This document shows positions 19,314 to 29,581 of a stretch of 64,000 nucleotides of DNA, one piece after another (position 1 is the first letter of the stretch; each line of letters starts with the position of its first letter). This DNA is from a virus. The stretch lies in the IMG/VR virus record IMGVR_UViG_3300027708_000023. One strand, 5' to 3'. The translations under genes were made by a program, and so were the position numbers. Under the pieces are notes generated by a model. It searched no databases, was not told the origin of the DNA, and was given only the letters and a program-made list of their open reading frames with translations.

Positions 19314-20080
19314 GGTGTTGAAACTCCGAACTTTGATACTACCTTAGAAGAACACTCATTTGCAAATTTTATACTTTGTGATATGTCTTTAGTCTCAATG
19401 TATTTAATAACAAGACCAGCTAAAAAAGTATCTCCGGCCCCGCAAACATCTCTAACGTCTATCTTGGGAGTTTCATAGATGGTTTCTTTGCTTTTGTCTA
19501 TATGCAAAGCCCCAAGCTCTCCTTTTGTAACAATAATTTGACAAGTATTTTTAATCTTATTTATGTCTGTTACATTTTCAGTGAACTCTTTATTGTTGAT
19601 TTTTAAAAAATTAACTCCATTAATAAAGTCTCCAATTTTCTTTTTTGTGTCAATAAAACTTACCGATGGTTTTTCTATTCTTTTAAGGATACCGGAAATG
19701 TCTGTCTCTTGTAAAAATCCTTTGCAGTAGTCTGAGAATATTACAGCATCGTAATTAGAGTATTGGTGTTTGTCTATATCTATTCTGTTACAGGAGTCGT
19801 TGATGTCTTGTCTAAAGACGATAGAGTTGTACCTTTTGTCAATGAACCGTCTTTTGATAATAGCAGAGTCTAGGTTTGTGATGATATCAACATGAAATTC
19901 TGGCCTAATAGATTTGATATTTGCCATAACATTCCCCGCCATACCTAAACCGCTTTGCATTTTACCATTACTTTTAAAACATATTGCTGGAGCTTCTGGA
20001 CATATTCTGTCACAGTGACCATAGACATATTCGTCTATGCAGGATTCTCCAATTAATAAAATTTTAATAAGATGGCTCAT
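19310..20080 (-). CDS. hldA: Heptose-7-phosphate kinase (HldE domain I / HldA, PfkB family)
   Basis: IGESCIDEYVYG...RICPEAP, GMAGNV, SDYCKG, DVCGAGDTF. Confidence 0.85.
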   Translation of the reverse strand: MSHLIKILLIGESCIDEYVYGHCDRICPEAPAICFKSNGKMQSGLGMAGNVMANIKSIRPEFHVDIITNLDSAIIKRRFIDKRYNSIVFRQDINDSCNRIDIDKHQYSNYDAVIFSDYCKGFLQETDISGILKRIEKPSVSFIDTKKKIGDFINGVNFLKINNKEFTENVTDINKIKNTCQIIVTKGELGALHIDKSKETIYETPKIDVRDVCGAGDTFLAGLVIKYIETKDISQSIKFANECSSKVVSKFGVSTP

Positions 20081-20679
20081 TAAGATTTTCCTATTGCCCA
20101 GCAATGACCTGGATGAGCACCATTTAATGGATGTCTAATTTTGATGATTTGTTTATTTAATCTTTGTAGTTCTTTTTTAACTTCCTTGTATGTGTCGTGG
20201 CACTCTATTAAAAATAGGGTATTTTTCCACAATCTCAAATCTTTACATCCTTGAAGAGCTAGGGTTTCTCCTCCTTCGATATCTATTTTTACAAAATCTG
20301 CTACGGACGAAGAACAGATATCATCTAAGCAAATACAATCTACAAGCTTAACTTCTGTATGAGGTAAGTCTCTGGTTTCTGCATTACCTATTGGGTGTAT
20401 CTCTAGCAAAGAATTTTGATCTGGCTCTGGCCTATAAAAAAGTGTTCTTTGTTCAGTTTTATCTGCTACGGCTTTAGTAATAAGTGTTACATTATTTGAT
20501 ATTGTAATTTTCTCATATGCTCTTGGATCAGGCTCGACCGCTATAACACTTCTGAATAAACCGGACAAAGTTTCTGTCCAACTTCCAACATTAGCCCCTA
20601 TGTCTAGAGCTAAGTCTCGATGTTGTAGTAAATGTATCTCGTCTAATATTGGTTTTTTAAGCCATGTTTCTATATTCAT
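20080..20679 (-). CDS. FkbM-family methyltransferase
   Basis: LDIGANVG, AVEP, FVKIDIEGGE. Confidence 0.85.
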   Translation of the reverse strand: MNIETWLKKPILDEIHLLQHRDLALDIGANVGSWTETLSGLFRSVIAVEPDPRAYEKITISNNVTLITKAVADKTEQRTLFYRPEPDQNSLLEIHPIGNAETRDLPHTEVKLVDCICLDDICSSSVADFVKIDIEGGETLALQGCKDLRLWKNTLFLIECHDTYKEVKKELQRLNKQIIKIRHPLNGAHPGHCWAIGKS

Positions 20680-20682
20680 ATT

Positions 20683-20979
20683 CTATTCTCTAAAAAAGGC
20701 TTTATCATTTATGCTTTTATCGTCTATGTAAATATCGTAGTGGGGCTTGCCTAATAAAATAGACTGTCTCAAGCATCCCCAAGAATCTAGTTGTTGATTT
20801 GTAAAATCATACCAGTCTATGCCACTGTTTGCTCCTCTTGCTGTCCAATAAATAATAGTATGTCCTTGTTGGAAAAGCTGGTTAACTTTTTCTATTCTTT
20901 CATAGATGGGTTTGCTATTAGTATAGTCGCTATTTTCAGTAATGCAAATAGTATTATCTATGTCTACATAATATATCAT
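20683..20979 (-). CDS. Minimal HAD-family phosphatase
   Basis: VDIDNTI, WTAR, GKP, YIDDK. Confidence 0.8.
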   Translation of the reverse strand: MIYYVDIDNTICITENSDYTNSKPIYERIEKVNQLFQQGHTIIYWTARGANSGIDWYDFTNQQLDSWGCLRQSILLGKPHYDIYIDDKSINDKAFFRE

Positions 20980-21377
20980 ATGCTTTCAATGATCCTGTAT
21001 GAGTCTTCATCATCATGATGAGTGGATATTTCTATAAAATCACATGCATATGAAGTATTACTTGTAAATCTATGTGCAACGTATGGCTCTATAGTAAAGC
21101 TTTCTCCCTGCTTGAGAACAATAACGTCAGAGAGTGAAAGATCCCATATTTCTTTGTTCAGATTAGTGGAGTATTGTAAAGATAATTCTCCGTTAATAAT
21201 GTAAAAAGTTTCTTTTTTATTTTTATGATAATGCACAGAGCAGTATTTGTTTGGTAGAACATGCAAGTGCTTACCACAGTAGAGATCGTTATTTTCTATC
21301 CAGATCTCATAACCCCATTTTTTATTAACCATAGTATGATTATTCTTCATTAAGAGTCTCATAAAAAGGTTTATCAA
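20976..21377 (-). CDS. Cupin sugar-phosphate isomerase-like protein
   Basis: KWGYEIW, SVHYH..KKETF, AHRF, EISTHH. Confidence 0.8.
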   Translation of the reverse strand: MINLFMRLLMKNNHTMVNKKWGYEIWIENNDLYCGKHLHVLPNKYCSVHYHKNKKETFYIINGELSLQYSTNLNKEIWDLSLSDVIVLKQGESFTIEPYVAHRFTSNTSYACDFIEISTHHDDEDSYRIIESI

Positions 21378-22242
21378 AGTATTTTGAGTATTCTGGGTCG
21401 TTTTCTATTGGCCACGGATTATTTTTAGGGTCCCATCTTTCATAGGCATTATTGTATTTCTTATGAAACTCTTTAACAAGAGGCAGGTGTCTGTGGAGTA
21501 AGTAGGCGGGACTTGAGTGAAACCATTGCACCATGCAAGATCTATCAAATGACGATCCTGAAAATCCATGGAAAGAATTTGGACAAACCTCAAAAGCAAA
21601 AAGGGTATTATTGAGAGGTGGTATTTCTTTCACAAAACTATCAAAGTTCCATCCTGTATAAATGCTTGTTCCTCCTTTGTCTGACTCTTGCCAAGAATCT
21701 TTATTATTTAAATAGAACAATAAAGCAACACTTCTTATCATTTTTATTGAATCTGGCTGTTTATCAATAGAGTCATCAGAATAGTAGCATTCTCCAGTTA
21801 GTTTTATTCTTTCATCAGAGCGAACATTGCAGACTATATTTAAGTCTCTGTGTACAAAACCTGCTTCTGCCGGGGCTTTATGCCAATGCGCACTAAGAGC
21901 AGTGTGATTATTGAATTCAATATTGAAAACATTAGCCATGAATTCTTGCCAAATAGAATCAATAAAAAAATCATAACCATTGACACAGTCTGATTGATTC
22001 ATACCGTATATGTAACCAGCATAATTATGTACTGCTCCTGGCTGATCTTTATATGGTTTTGTCCTACCTATATATGACATGAAATTATCACATAGTCTAT
22101 CGTAAATATTCTGTTTAAATACATTCGACAGTCTGATGTGATGAAACGGCTCTGGACAATACTCTATTTGAATATTGTCATTTATATATGGATGTGTTTT
22201 AAGTTGGTCTAAAAACAGTGGATCTGTATTTAAGATGTACAT
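21340..22242 (-). CDS. 2OG-Fe(II) oxygenase (prolyl-hydroxylase-like)
   Basis: PEPFHH, HRD (HxD), ALLFYLN, GGT, SFHG, distal Arg. Confidence 0.8.
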   Translation of the reverse strand: MYILNTDPLFLDQLKTHPYINDNIQIEYCPEPFHHIRLSNVFKQNIYDRLCDNFMSYIGRTKPYKDQPGAVHNYAGYIYGMNQSDCVNGYDFFIDSIWQEFMANVFNIEFNNHTALSAHWHKAPAEAGFVHRDLNIVCNVRSDERIKLTGECYYSDDSIDKQPDSIKMIRSVALLFYLNNKDSWQESDKGGTSIYTGWNFDSFVKEIPPLNNTLFAFEVCPNSFHGFSGSSFDRSCMVQWFHSSPAYLLHRHLPLVKEFHKKYNNAYERWDPKNNPWPIENDPEYSKYFDKPFYETLNEE

Positions 22243-22243
22243 A

Positions 22244-22876
22244 TTATCCTATATTATAGATGTGAATTCTTTGCTCTTGATTGGTCTCATCAGCCAAAAG
22301 ATCCACCAAGGATTTGGTTACGTCCGCAACAAAAACGCAGCCTGTTTCTTTGGATGCTTTTACGTTATTGGTATGCTTCCAAAAAAAATCATCTCCTCTT
22401 CTTTCAAATCTGTTCGTATAGTCATGATCACCATAAACAGCGCATGGTCTCACTATTGTTATGTTTTTTATATCTTCATTATTTATGATGTAGTCTTCTA
22501 ATCTCTTTTTTTGCACACAATAATGATAATAGGGGTCTGATGTATCCCCGTTTTCTAATACTTCAGTATCAAGCACACTCTGTGTAGAAATTAGAATATA
22601 TCTACTGTATTGTAAATAAGAGAAAGTATTATTGAATTGATTAATATTGTAACAAGAAAAGTCTATCACATAGTCGTATCTTTGACCCAGTAAAGACTCG
22701 CATTTGTCAGGGTCGTTTCTGTCTACATTCAACCGACTTACGTTAGGAAATAAAGGCGGATTGGTTAGTCCCCTATTAGCTAGTGTGGTCTTATATTCGG
22801 ATAGATTAAGTAGGACTTCTACAAAATCTCTTCCCAGCATTTGAGTCCCACCCAGAACTAAAACATTGAAAGCCAT
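22244..22876 (-). CDS. NAD-dependent epimerase/dehydratase (atypical SDR)
   Basis: LVLGGTQMLG, YCVQK (YxxxK), VRPCAVYG. Confidence 0.8.
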   Translation of the reverse strand: MAFNVLVLGGTQMLGRDFVEVLLNLSEYKTTLANRGLTNPPLFPNVSRLNVDRNDPDKCESLLGQRYDYVIDFSCYNINQFNNTFSYLQYSRYILISTQSVLDTEVLENGDTSDPYYHYCVQKKRLEDYIINNEDIKNITIVRPCAVYGDHDYTNRFERRGDDFFWKHTNNVKASKETGCVFVADVTKSLVDLLADETNQEQRIHIYNIG

Positions 22877-22889
22877 CTAACTTTTCCAA

Positions 22890-23441
22890 TTAGTAGTTGT
22901 AAATAAATACATTATATTTGCCCCAAATGTCTTCTATTAGATCGCTAATGAAATTCCAATTTCCTCCAGCTAATCCACTGCCAAATTTTGGAGCATGAAT
23001 TTCGATATTCTCGTTGTTCTTTAGAAAGCCCGTGTGAGAATGTATGTGCTGAGAGAGTTGAATCATGCTTCTTACTAATGCTGCATAATTTAGTGGTCTA
23101 GGGTTGTTGAAGTTTTTAACTCCGTTCTGAGATATCATATTGACAAAGTACAATCCATGTTTATATTTAGGTTGTTCATAAACTTTAATTATTTGTGAAT
23201 GTCCTAAATTATTTCGTAAAAAGGTTTTGCCTAACATATGGTAATTAGCTTTGACTTCGGGATATTTCTCTGCTATTTGTGCGGCGAATCCTGCGTCAAA
23301 TAGATCTATATTATTGCAAACATGAGGAACAAATACTGTTGAGCCAGTACTTTCTGCTGTGGCTCTGCTTTTAGCAATATCAAAGATATTTTCGTTGTAA
23401 ACTAATCTGTATTTTTTTTGATTTTGTGTTTTGGTTTGCAT
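22890..23441 (-). CDS. Macro-domain (Poa1p/TARG1-like) protein
   Basis: PHVCN, AGFA, PKFGSGLAGGNW. Confidence 0.8.
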   Translation of the reverse strand: MQTKTQNQKKYRLVYNENIFDIAKSRATAESTGSTVFVPHVCNNIDLFDAGFAAQIAEKYPEVKANYHMLGKTFLRNNLGHSQIIKVYEQPKYKHGLYFVNMISQNGVKNFNNPRPLNYAALVRSMIQLSQHIHSHTGFLKNNENIEIHAPKFGSGLAGGNWNFISDLIEDIWGKYNVFIYNY

Positions 23442-23468
23442 TTTAAAATCCTAATTAAGTTTGAGCGA

Positions 23469-23717
23469 TTAAATTAATTTTTTCCATTTTCCTATCGGAC
23501 ATTCCTGATCAGCCCAAGCTAGTTTATTTAAGAATATTTTTTTGTTGTTAATAGCGCATCCACAAACCATACATTCTGATCGTTCTTTATTATATTTTTC
23601 ACAGGCAATGCAGATAGAATATCTTTCTTGTATTTGGGTTTTAGACGATTTGGGTAGCCCTGCTTGTACATGAAATAGTAAAGATTTAAGGAATGTTTTT
23701 AATCTGAGGAGATACAT
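23469..23717 (-). CDS. Small Cys-rich protein
   Basis: ERYSICIAC...ECMVCGC...CPIGKW. Confidence 0.7.
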   Translation of the reverse strand: MYLLRLKTFLKSLLFHVQAGLPKSSKTQIQERYSICIACEKYNKERSECMVCGCAINNKKIFLNKLAWADQECPIGKWKKLI

Positions 23718-23940
23718 CTGATTTAATTTCCTTTATTGGCATAAAATTACTATTACTATCCACAGTATATAGATTGATAGTATTAACAGGATAATCAGAT
23801 TTTATCCATCTGCTATTTCCTGTAGCTATATCTATACAAAGCCTATCTCCGTTTTTCTTGAAATCAGACGTTATAATAAAAGATCTACCCTCAAGCTCAA
23901 GGGCATCTCCAGATTCCAATTCCTCAATAAATTTTAGCAT
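23686..23940 (-). CDS. Hypothetical protein
   Basis: Packed ORF. Confidence 0.65.
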   Translation of the reverse strand: MLKFIEELESGDALELEGRSFIITSDFKKNGDRLCIDIATGNSRWIKSDYPVNTINLYTVDSNSNFMPIKEIKSDVSPQIKNIP

Positions 23941-23942
23941 AA

Positions 23943-24140
23943 TTACCTATTATAAAACCTATCCCACTCTTCCCACTCTTCCTCTTCCGTTTCTTGCTTT
24001 TTCTTCTTAAACTCTTTTTTTAGAGAATGAGATACACTGGGTTCGTTCTTATCTTCCTTAAAATTGTTTTTTTCTTGAATTTTCTTCCTTCTTAGATCCT
24101 TCTTATCCCAATCGTCTTCCTTGGGTTGGTTTGTATTCAT
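23943..24140 (-). CDS. Small highly charged protein
   Basis: Packed ORF. Confidence 0.6.
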   Translation of the reverse strand: MNTNQPKEDDWDKKDLRRKKIQEKNNFKEDKNEPSVSHSLKKEFKKKKQETEEEEWEEWDRFYNR

Positions 24141-24247
24141 CGCACTGTCATTAGCCTCAATTTATTTGAAATTGACCTGAAACCTATATATCTTATACAC
24201 ACTTTGCCAAAAAAAGTCAAGACGTTGATTTCAAAAATTTCCATGCA

Positions 24248-24290
24248 TTGACAGAATCCAGGTCAAGACTAATATTATGCAGGTCCGACA
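24248..24290 (+). promoter_or_regulatory. Plus-strand promoter region: TTGACA..TAATAT plus degenerate TCAA-N17-TCCGACA
   Basis: TTGACA 24248-24253; TCAA 24263-24266; TCCGACA 24284-24290, upstream of the 24315 ORF. Confidence 0.45.
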
Positions 24291-24314
24291 GATAATATCT
24301 TATATACAACTCTA

Positions 24315-25967
24315 ATGAATAACACTACCCTAGTAACTGGCATTTGGGATCTCGGTAGAGGTGATGCTAGGGTTGGATGGAGCAGGAAATTTGACCACTA
24401 TATCTCAAATTTTAAGCACCTTCTAGCTGCAACAGAAATACCCATGTGTATTTTTATAGATCCATCAATAGAAGATATTGTATGGAGTATAAGAAGCAGA
24501 GATAATACTAGCATAGTATACCATACAAAAGACCAGTTTGGAGGGTCTTTCTTTCCTTTTTTTGATAAAGTTCAGTCTATAAGGACTAGCGAAGAATGGC
24601 TAAGTCAGGTTGGATGGCTAAGGGATAGTACTCAAGCAACTATGGACTATTATAATCCTATGGTTATGAGTAAAATGTTCTTGCTGCACAACGCTAAAAT
24701 ATTCAACTTTTTTAACACGGACTATTTATTCTGGATAGATGGAGGAATAACAAACACTGTTCATCCAGGATATTTAACTCATGATAAAGTCATAGAAAAA
24801 ATAGAACAAATTGTAAAAAAATTCCTGTTTGTTTGCTTTCCTTATGAAACAGACACAGAGATACATGGATTTAAATTAGACGCAATGAAACAATTTGCTA
24901 ATTCTTCTACGGTTAATAGAGTAGCTAGGGGAGGTTTTTTTGGAGGACATAAAGATACCATATCTAAAGCAAACGATCTCTACTATTCCTTACTAAAAGA
25001 CACATTAGATTCTGGATATATGGGTACTGAGGAGAGTATTTTTACTCTTATGACATATTTAGATCCAGAAACATATCAATATGAAGATATAGAAGATAAT
25101 GGTCTTATTAATAAATTTTTTGAGAATGTCAAAAACAACACAACAAAACTATCAATAAAAACCCAAACTAGAATTCAATCTAAAAATAACAATACTGTTT
25201 TGTATATCAATGCATTTAATTCACCAGAACAACTACAGATGGTGATGGACTCTTTTGAAAAGTACGATACGGGCTTTCTGAACAAGACGGATAAGTACCT
25301 GATTAACAATACGAATAAAGAAGAGTTATTCCCCAAATATGATATACTATCTAATAAGTATGGATTTAAAGAAATAAGAAAAGGGAATATAGGAATATGC
25401 GGAGGACGACAACTAGCAGCAGAACATTTCGCTGACCTCGGTGCTAAATACATGATGTTTTTTGAAGACGACATGTTAATAGATCTAGATAAAGAGAAAA
25501 GATGTTCATTTGGTTTTTCTAAGTATGTTAATGATTTATTTGATAGCTTATTAAGAATTATGGATTTAGAAGAATATGATTTTCTTAAATTTAGTTTTAG
25601 TGAATTTTATGGCCATAATGGAGAGCAATGGGCTTGGCATAATGTTCCATTAGAGAATAAAATCAAATACTTCGGAAATATTAATAAGCGACCATTGACG
25701 AAATTCAAAAATATAAAAACCATGAATTGTGTTGCTTATGCAGAGGGGGAGATTTACTATTCTAACTGGCCTCATATTATAGATCAGGAAGGTAGTAAAA
25801 AATTATTCCTTGATACCAAGTGGGCTCATCCCTATGAACAAACATGGATGAGTCATATTTATAATCTTACTGTAGAAAACCAAATTAACGCAGCAATACT
25901 ATTAGCTAGTCCCATAACCCATAACAGAGTACATTTCTATGAAGACGGCGAAAGAAAAGAAAACTAA
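24315..25967 (+). CDS. HtrL/WlaTC-like glycosyltransferase fused to a GT-A domain
   Basis: TLVTGIWDLGR, SKMFLL, FWIDGG, GGFFGG, GTEESIFT; second domain with FFEDDM. Confidence 0.75.
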   Translation: MNNTTLVTGIWDLGRGDARVGWSRKFDHYISNFKHLLAATEIPMCIFIDPSIEDIVWSIRSRDNTSIVYHTKDQFGGSFFPFFDKVQSIRTSEEWLSQVGWLRDSTQATMDYYNPMVMSKMFLLHNAKIFNFFNTDYLFWIDGGITNTVHPGYLTHDKVIEKIEQIVKKFLFVCFPYETDTEIHGFKLDAMKQFANSSTVNRVARGGFFGGHKDTISKANDLYYSLLKDTLDSGYMGTEESIFTLMTYLDPETYQYEDIEDNGLINKFFENVKNNTTKLSIKTQTRIQSKNNNTVLYINAFNSPEQLQMVMDSFEKYDTGFLNKTDKYLINNTNKEELFPKYDILSNKYGFKEIRKGNIGICGGRQLAAEHFADLGAKYMMFFEDDMLIDLDKEKRCSFGFSKYVNDLFDSLLRIMDLEEYDFLKFSFSEFYGHNGEQWAWHNVPLENKIKYFGNINKRPLTKFKNIKTMNCVAYAEGEIYYSNWPHIIDQEGSKKLFLDTKWAHPYEQTWMSHIYNLTVENQINAAILLASPITHNRVHFYEDGERKEN

Positions 25968-27228
25968 TAATCCTAGTCCTAATACTATTTTCATACAGAT
26001 TGCGGCTTACCGCGATCCTCAGTTGCTTCCAACATTAAAAGATATGTTGGATAAGGCTAAATTTCCAGAAAATCTCAGAATAGGAATAGCTTGGCAACAC
26101 AAGCCAGACGATGACTGGGATAAACTAGAAGAATTTAAAAACGACTCAAGATTCAGAATATTAGATATTCATTATAAAGAATCTCAAGGAGTATGTTGGG
26201 CAAGAAATGCTGTTCAAAAACTATATCAAGGAGAAAAATATACACTCCAATTAGATAGTCATCATAGATTTGCTCAAGACTGGGATGATACGTTGATTAA
26301 TATGTTAAAAGACTTACAAAAAAATGGTAGTCCCAAACCACTACTTACTGCTTATATCCCAAGTTTTGACCCTGACAACGATCCGGCAGCCAGAGTTCAA
26401 GAACCTTGGAAAATGAATTTTGATAGATTTATTCCGGAAGGAGCTGTATTCTTCCTGCCTGCATCTTTCGACGAATGGGATGATAAAGACAAGCCTTTAT
26501 TAGGACGTTTTTATAGTGCTCATTTTGCTTTTACCGTTGGGCAATTCTGTAAAGAAGTTACACATGATCCCAACTACTATTTCCACGGTGAAGAAATTAG
26601 CATAGCGGCTAGAGCTTATACTCACGGTTATGATATTTATCACCCGCATAAGGTAGTGTGCTGGCATGAATATACCAGAAAAGGCCGATCAAAACAATGG
26701 GACGATGATCCTGTATGGGGCAATCGCAACAATGAGTGCCATCTTCGTAATCGCAAACTATTTGAAATGGACGGAGAAAAAAGAGATATAGATTTTGGTC
26801 CTTATGGATTTGGAACAGAAAGGACACTAAGAGATTATGAAAAATATGCAGGTATGAGTTTTGGAAAAAGAGCAATACAAAAAAATGTAATTGATCATAA
26901 AGCACCACCAGAACCTCTGCAGTTTGCATCAGATGAAGAATTTGATAATGCTCTTCTTAAGATTTTTAAGCATTGTATTGATGTAGGATATGATGCGGTT
27001 CCTGAGAATGATTATGATTTTTGGGTTGTTGCTTTCCATGACGAAAACGATAATACCATTTACAGAAAAGATGCAGATGTTAATGAAATTAATATGATGA
27101 AAAATGATCCAGATGGTTATTGTAAGGTGTGGAGAGAATTCTCTACAGATGTTAAACCAAAGTATTGGGTTGTCTGGCCCCACAGTTTCTCTAAGGGGTG
27201 GTGCGAAAGAATGACCGGGGATTTATGA
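25939..27228 (+). CDS. GT60/Gnt1-like polypeptide (hydroxyproline) GlcNAc-transferase
   Basis: IFIQIAAYRDP, SQGVCWAR, LQLDSHHRF..WD, SAHFAF, FHGEEI...RAYTHGYD. Confidence 0.85.
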   Translation: MKTAKEKKTNNPSPNTIFIQIAAYRDPQLLPTLKDMLDKAKFPENLRIGIAWQHKPDDDWDKLEEFKNDSRFRILDIHYKESQGVCWARNAVQKLYQGEKYTLQLDSHHRFAQDWDDTLINMLKDLQKNGSPKPLLTAYIPSFDPDNDPAARVQEPWKMNFDRFIPEGAVFFLPASFDEWDDKDKPLLGRFYSAHFAFTVGQFCKEVTHDPNYYFHGEEISIAARAYTHGYDIYHPHKVVCWHEYTRKGRSKQWDDDPVWGNRNNECHLRNRKLFEMDGEKRDIDFGPYGFGTERTLRDYEKYAGMSFGKRAIQKNVIDHKAPPEPLQFASDEEFDNALLKIFKHCIDVGYDAVPENDYDFWVVAFHDENDNTIYRKDADVNEINMMKNDPDGYCKVWREFSTDVKPKYWVVWPHSFSKGWCERMTGDL

Positions 27229-27834
27229 TTTTTTTATATGTATCCAACAAAATTCGTGATTAACTATCTGCACATCTGAGCCGAAAGCTTCATGTACAGC
27301 AAGATTCACTCCCGGCCAGTTGTTGTTATAATCGTGCCCAGATAAAATTCCCCCAACTTTAACTTTGGGTAGCCAACACTCTATGTCTTTTTTTACGCAC
27401 TCATATTCATGACAAGCATCTAAAAACACAATATCTAAAGAATTATCCTGAAAATCTTTTGATGCTTCAATTGAGTTTTTTCGTATTGGTGAAATAATAG
27501 ATTTGACCGGCTCAGTATTACTTAGAAACGATTCATAAAGTTTATCTATGTTTGGATCATAAAATCTTGATCGAGTATCTCTATGTTCGGGAGAACCAAG
27601 CCAAGTATCAACACAGAATAATTTAAGATTTTTATTACTGTTCACAATCTCTACTGCTAAAAATGCAGCACTTTTACCTTTCCAAGATCCAACTTCTACT
27701 ATTGTTCCATTGTTCGGTATTTGATTCACAAAATTAGTATATGTGCCTTGGAATGTAAACCAGTCTTCTCCAAATTTAGGGTCGCTAAAAAAATGATTCA
27801 TGTTTTTAATCCCAGCTAGGTGATATTCTTCCAT
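27223..27834 (-). CDS. Class I SAM methyltransferase (Methyltransf_24-like)
   Basis: VEVGSWKGKS, VDTW, FLDACHEY, GGILSGHDY. Confidence 0.85.
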   Translation of the reverse strand: MEEYHLAGIKNMNHFFSDPKFGEDWFTFQGTYTNFVNQIPNNGTIVEVGSWKGKSAAFLAVEIVNSNKNLKLFCVDTWLGSPEHRDTRSRFYDPNIDKLYESFLSNTEPVKSIISPIRKNSIEASKDFQDNSLDIVFLDACHEYECVKKDIECWLPKVKVGGILSGHDYNNNWPGVNLAVHEAFGSDVQIVNHEFCWIHIKKS

Positions 27835-28441
27835 CCCAGTTTAAATATATTGGACCCAAATGATCAACGTCTTCTGGTAAGCACTTTTGACACTCAAACC
27901 TTTTAGCAAATTCACAATCATAATACGATCCGTTTTTAAACTCATACAAAAAACCCTGATTATCATTTAAATATTTAAGTATTTTATCTTTGTGGAACAA
28001 CTGAAAGTATCCCAGAAAGTGACACATCCCCTGAACAAAGTTTTTATTGGCATAGTCATCTCTGGTATTATAAATTTTCCTCCCACAACCATATAAGCAA
28101 TCCTTATCTTTATCAAAATGCCAAGCTATATGAATAAGATTTTTAACTACAACATCAGCATCTAACATCAATACCCACTCAACACTATTCGTGTCTAATT
28201 TACCACTTAAAAAAAGACTATTTATAGCTGCTCCTTTATTAAAAGTACTTCCTCCTTTATAAAAAGAATCAGTTACATGACAATTAATATTATTAGCAAC
28301 ACAAAATTCTTGGGTTTTAATATCTTTACTATCTGTAATTACCCAATAATCATGACCAGATAAAGCTTCTATATTTTCTTTATAGGCTGAAGCTAGAAAA
28401 TCCACGTAATTTACACAAACAGTTACTATAGTAAAAACCAT
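27806..28441 (-). CDS. GT-A fold glycosyltransferase-like protein
   Basis: VCVNYVDFL, FNKGAAIN, LDAD (DxD), GYFQLF. Confidence 0.7.
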   Translation of the reverse strand: MVFTIVTVCVNYVDFLASAYKENIEALSGHDYWVITDSKDIKTQEFCVANNINCHVTDSFYKGGSTFNKGAAINSLFLSGKLDTNSVEWVLMLDADVVVKNLIHIAWHFDKDKDCLYGCGRKIYNTRDDYANKNFVQGMCHFLGYFQLFHKDKILKYLNDNQGFLYEFKNGSYYDCEFAKRFECQKCLPEDVDHLGPIYLNWDGRISPSWD

Positions 28442-28573
28442 AAATTGTAGCCATTAATAGGTTTAATTAAACAGGGTTTCTTAATATATGTTACACCAAT
28501 ACTCGTCTTTGTTGCCTCGGTTGTTTCCGATTCTATCATATTGTGTCACCACTCCCAGTATTACGGCAATATA

Positions 28574-29581
28574 ATGAAGTATATCATCAGGCATCAATTT
28601 AGAGACATTAGCGCTTTTGGCTACAAATATTATGTTACTAATTTTTTCCAAAAACTATACGATAACCTAATAGAGTATTATCCACAACATGAATTTGAAA
28701 TAAAAAACGATCAATCATATGAAAATAATGGTTATGGAAGTATCTATAGCTGCATGAATTTTTCAATAGTAAATCCAGAAAATGATAACTATATTGTATT
28801 ATCGTTTTTTGATAATTGGAAATACCATTTTATGCAGCATATAGGGTGGAAACCCGAAAAAATGAAAGCCTTCTTTTATGCTGGAGGATTTGATTATTGG
28901 GATTATTTTTCCTATAAAACCACAGCTTCTTATAATTTAGACTTAGCTTTTCCACAAGATATCAGAAATGTATATCGTCCATTGTTCTATTCCCCATACT
29001 ACGACTGCTGTTATGACCAAATGGAAAATTTTTATCAGTCTAGAAAAAATAAAGAACTAATACCAAAATTGTTTTTTAGAGGATATATGTGGGATTTTAG
29101 ACAAGCCATGACTAGCAAATTATACGATCATGATGATATCCTAATTGTAGATAAAAATCAAGACGGGCAAAATCTAGATTATTCAGACTATCTTCTTGAA
29201 ATGTCAGACTACGCAGCTTGTTTAAGTCTTCCGGGAGGAACAGAGGTTTGCAATAGAGATATTGAATGTTTTGGTGTTGGTGTTCCTGTAGTAAGACCCT
29301 TCCTACAAGTTCATTATCAAGATCCTCTTATCTCCAATTATCATTATATTAACTGTTATCATTCTTGTGATTATTCTGATTCTGGATATCCTAAATATAT
29401 TTCAACAAATGATTTTCAAGATAATCTGTTGTATGTTTGGGATAAAATTAAAAATAACACAGAATATCTGAATTTTGTATCAGATAATGCCAGAAACTGG
29501 TTTGTTAAAAATTGCTCGGCAGATTCCAACGTACAATATGTTCTCACCAACCTAAACTTAGAAAGCCTACACAATGACTAA
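28574..29581 (+). CDS. Glycosyltransferase-like protein (GT90/exostosin-like C-terminus)
   Basis: KLFFRG, CLSLPG...CNRDIECFGVGVP, DNARNW; start placed at MKYII. Confidence 0.6.
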   Translation: MKYIIRHQFRDISAFGYKYYVTNFFQKLYDNLIEYYPQHEFEIKNDQSYENNGYGSIYSCMNFSIVNPENDNYIVLSFFDNWKYHFMQHIGWKPEKMKAFFYAGGFDYWDYFSYKTTASYNLDLAFPQDIRNVYRPLFYSPYYDCCYDQMENFYQSRKNKELIPKLFFRGYMWDFRQAMTSKLYDHDDILIVDKNQDGQNLDYSDYLLEMSDYAACLSLPGGTEVCNRDIECFGVGVPVVRPFLQVHYQDPLISNYHYINCYHSCDYSDSGYPKYISTNDFQDNLLYVWDKIKNNTEYLNFVSDNARNWFVKNCSADSNVQYVLTNLNLESLHND

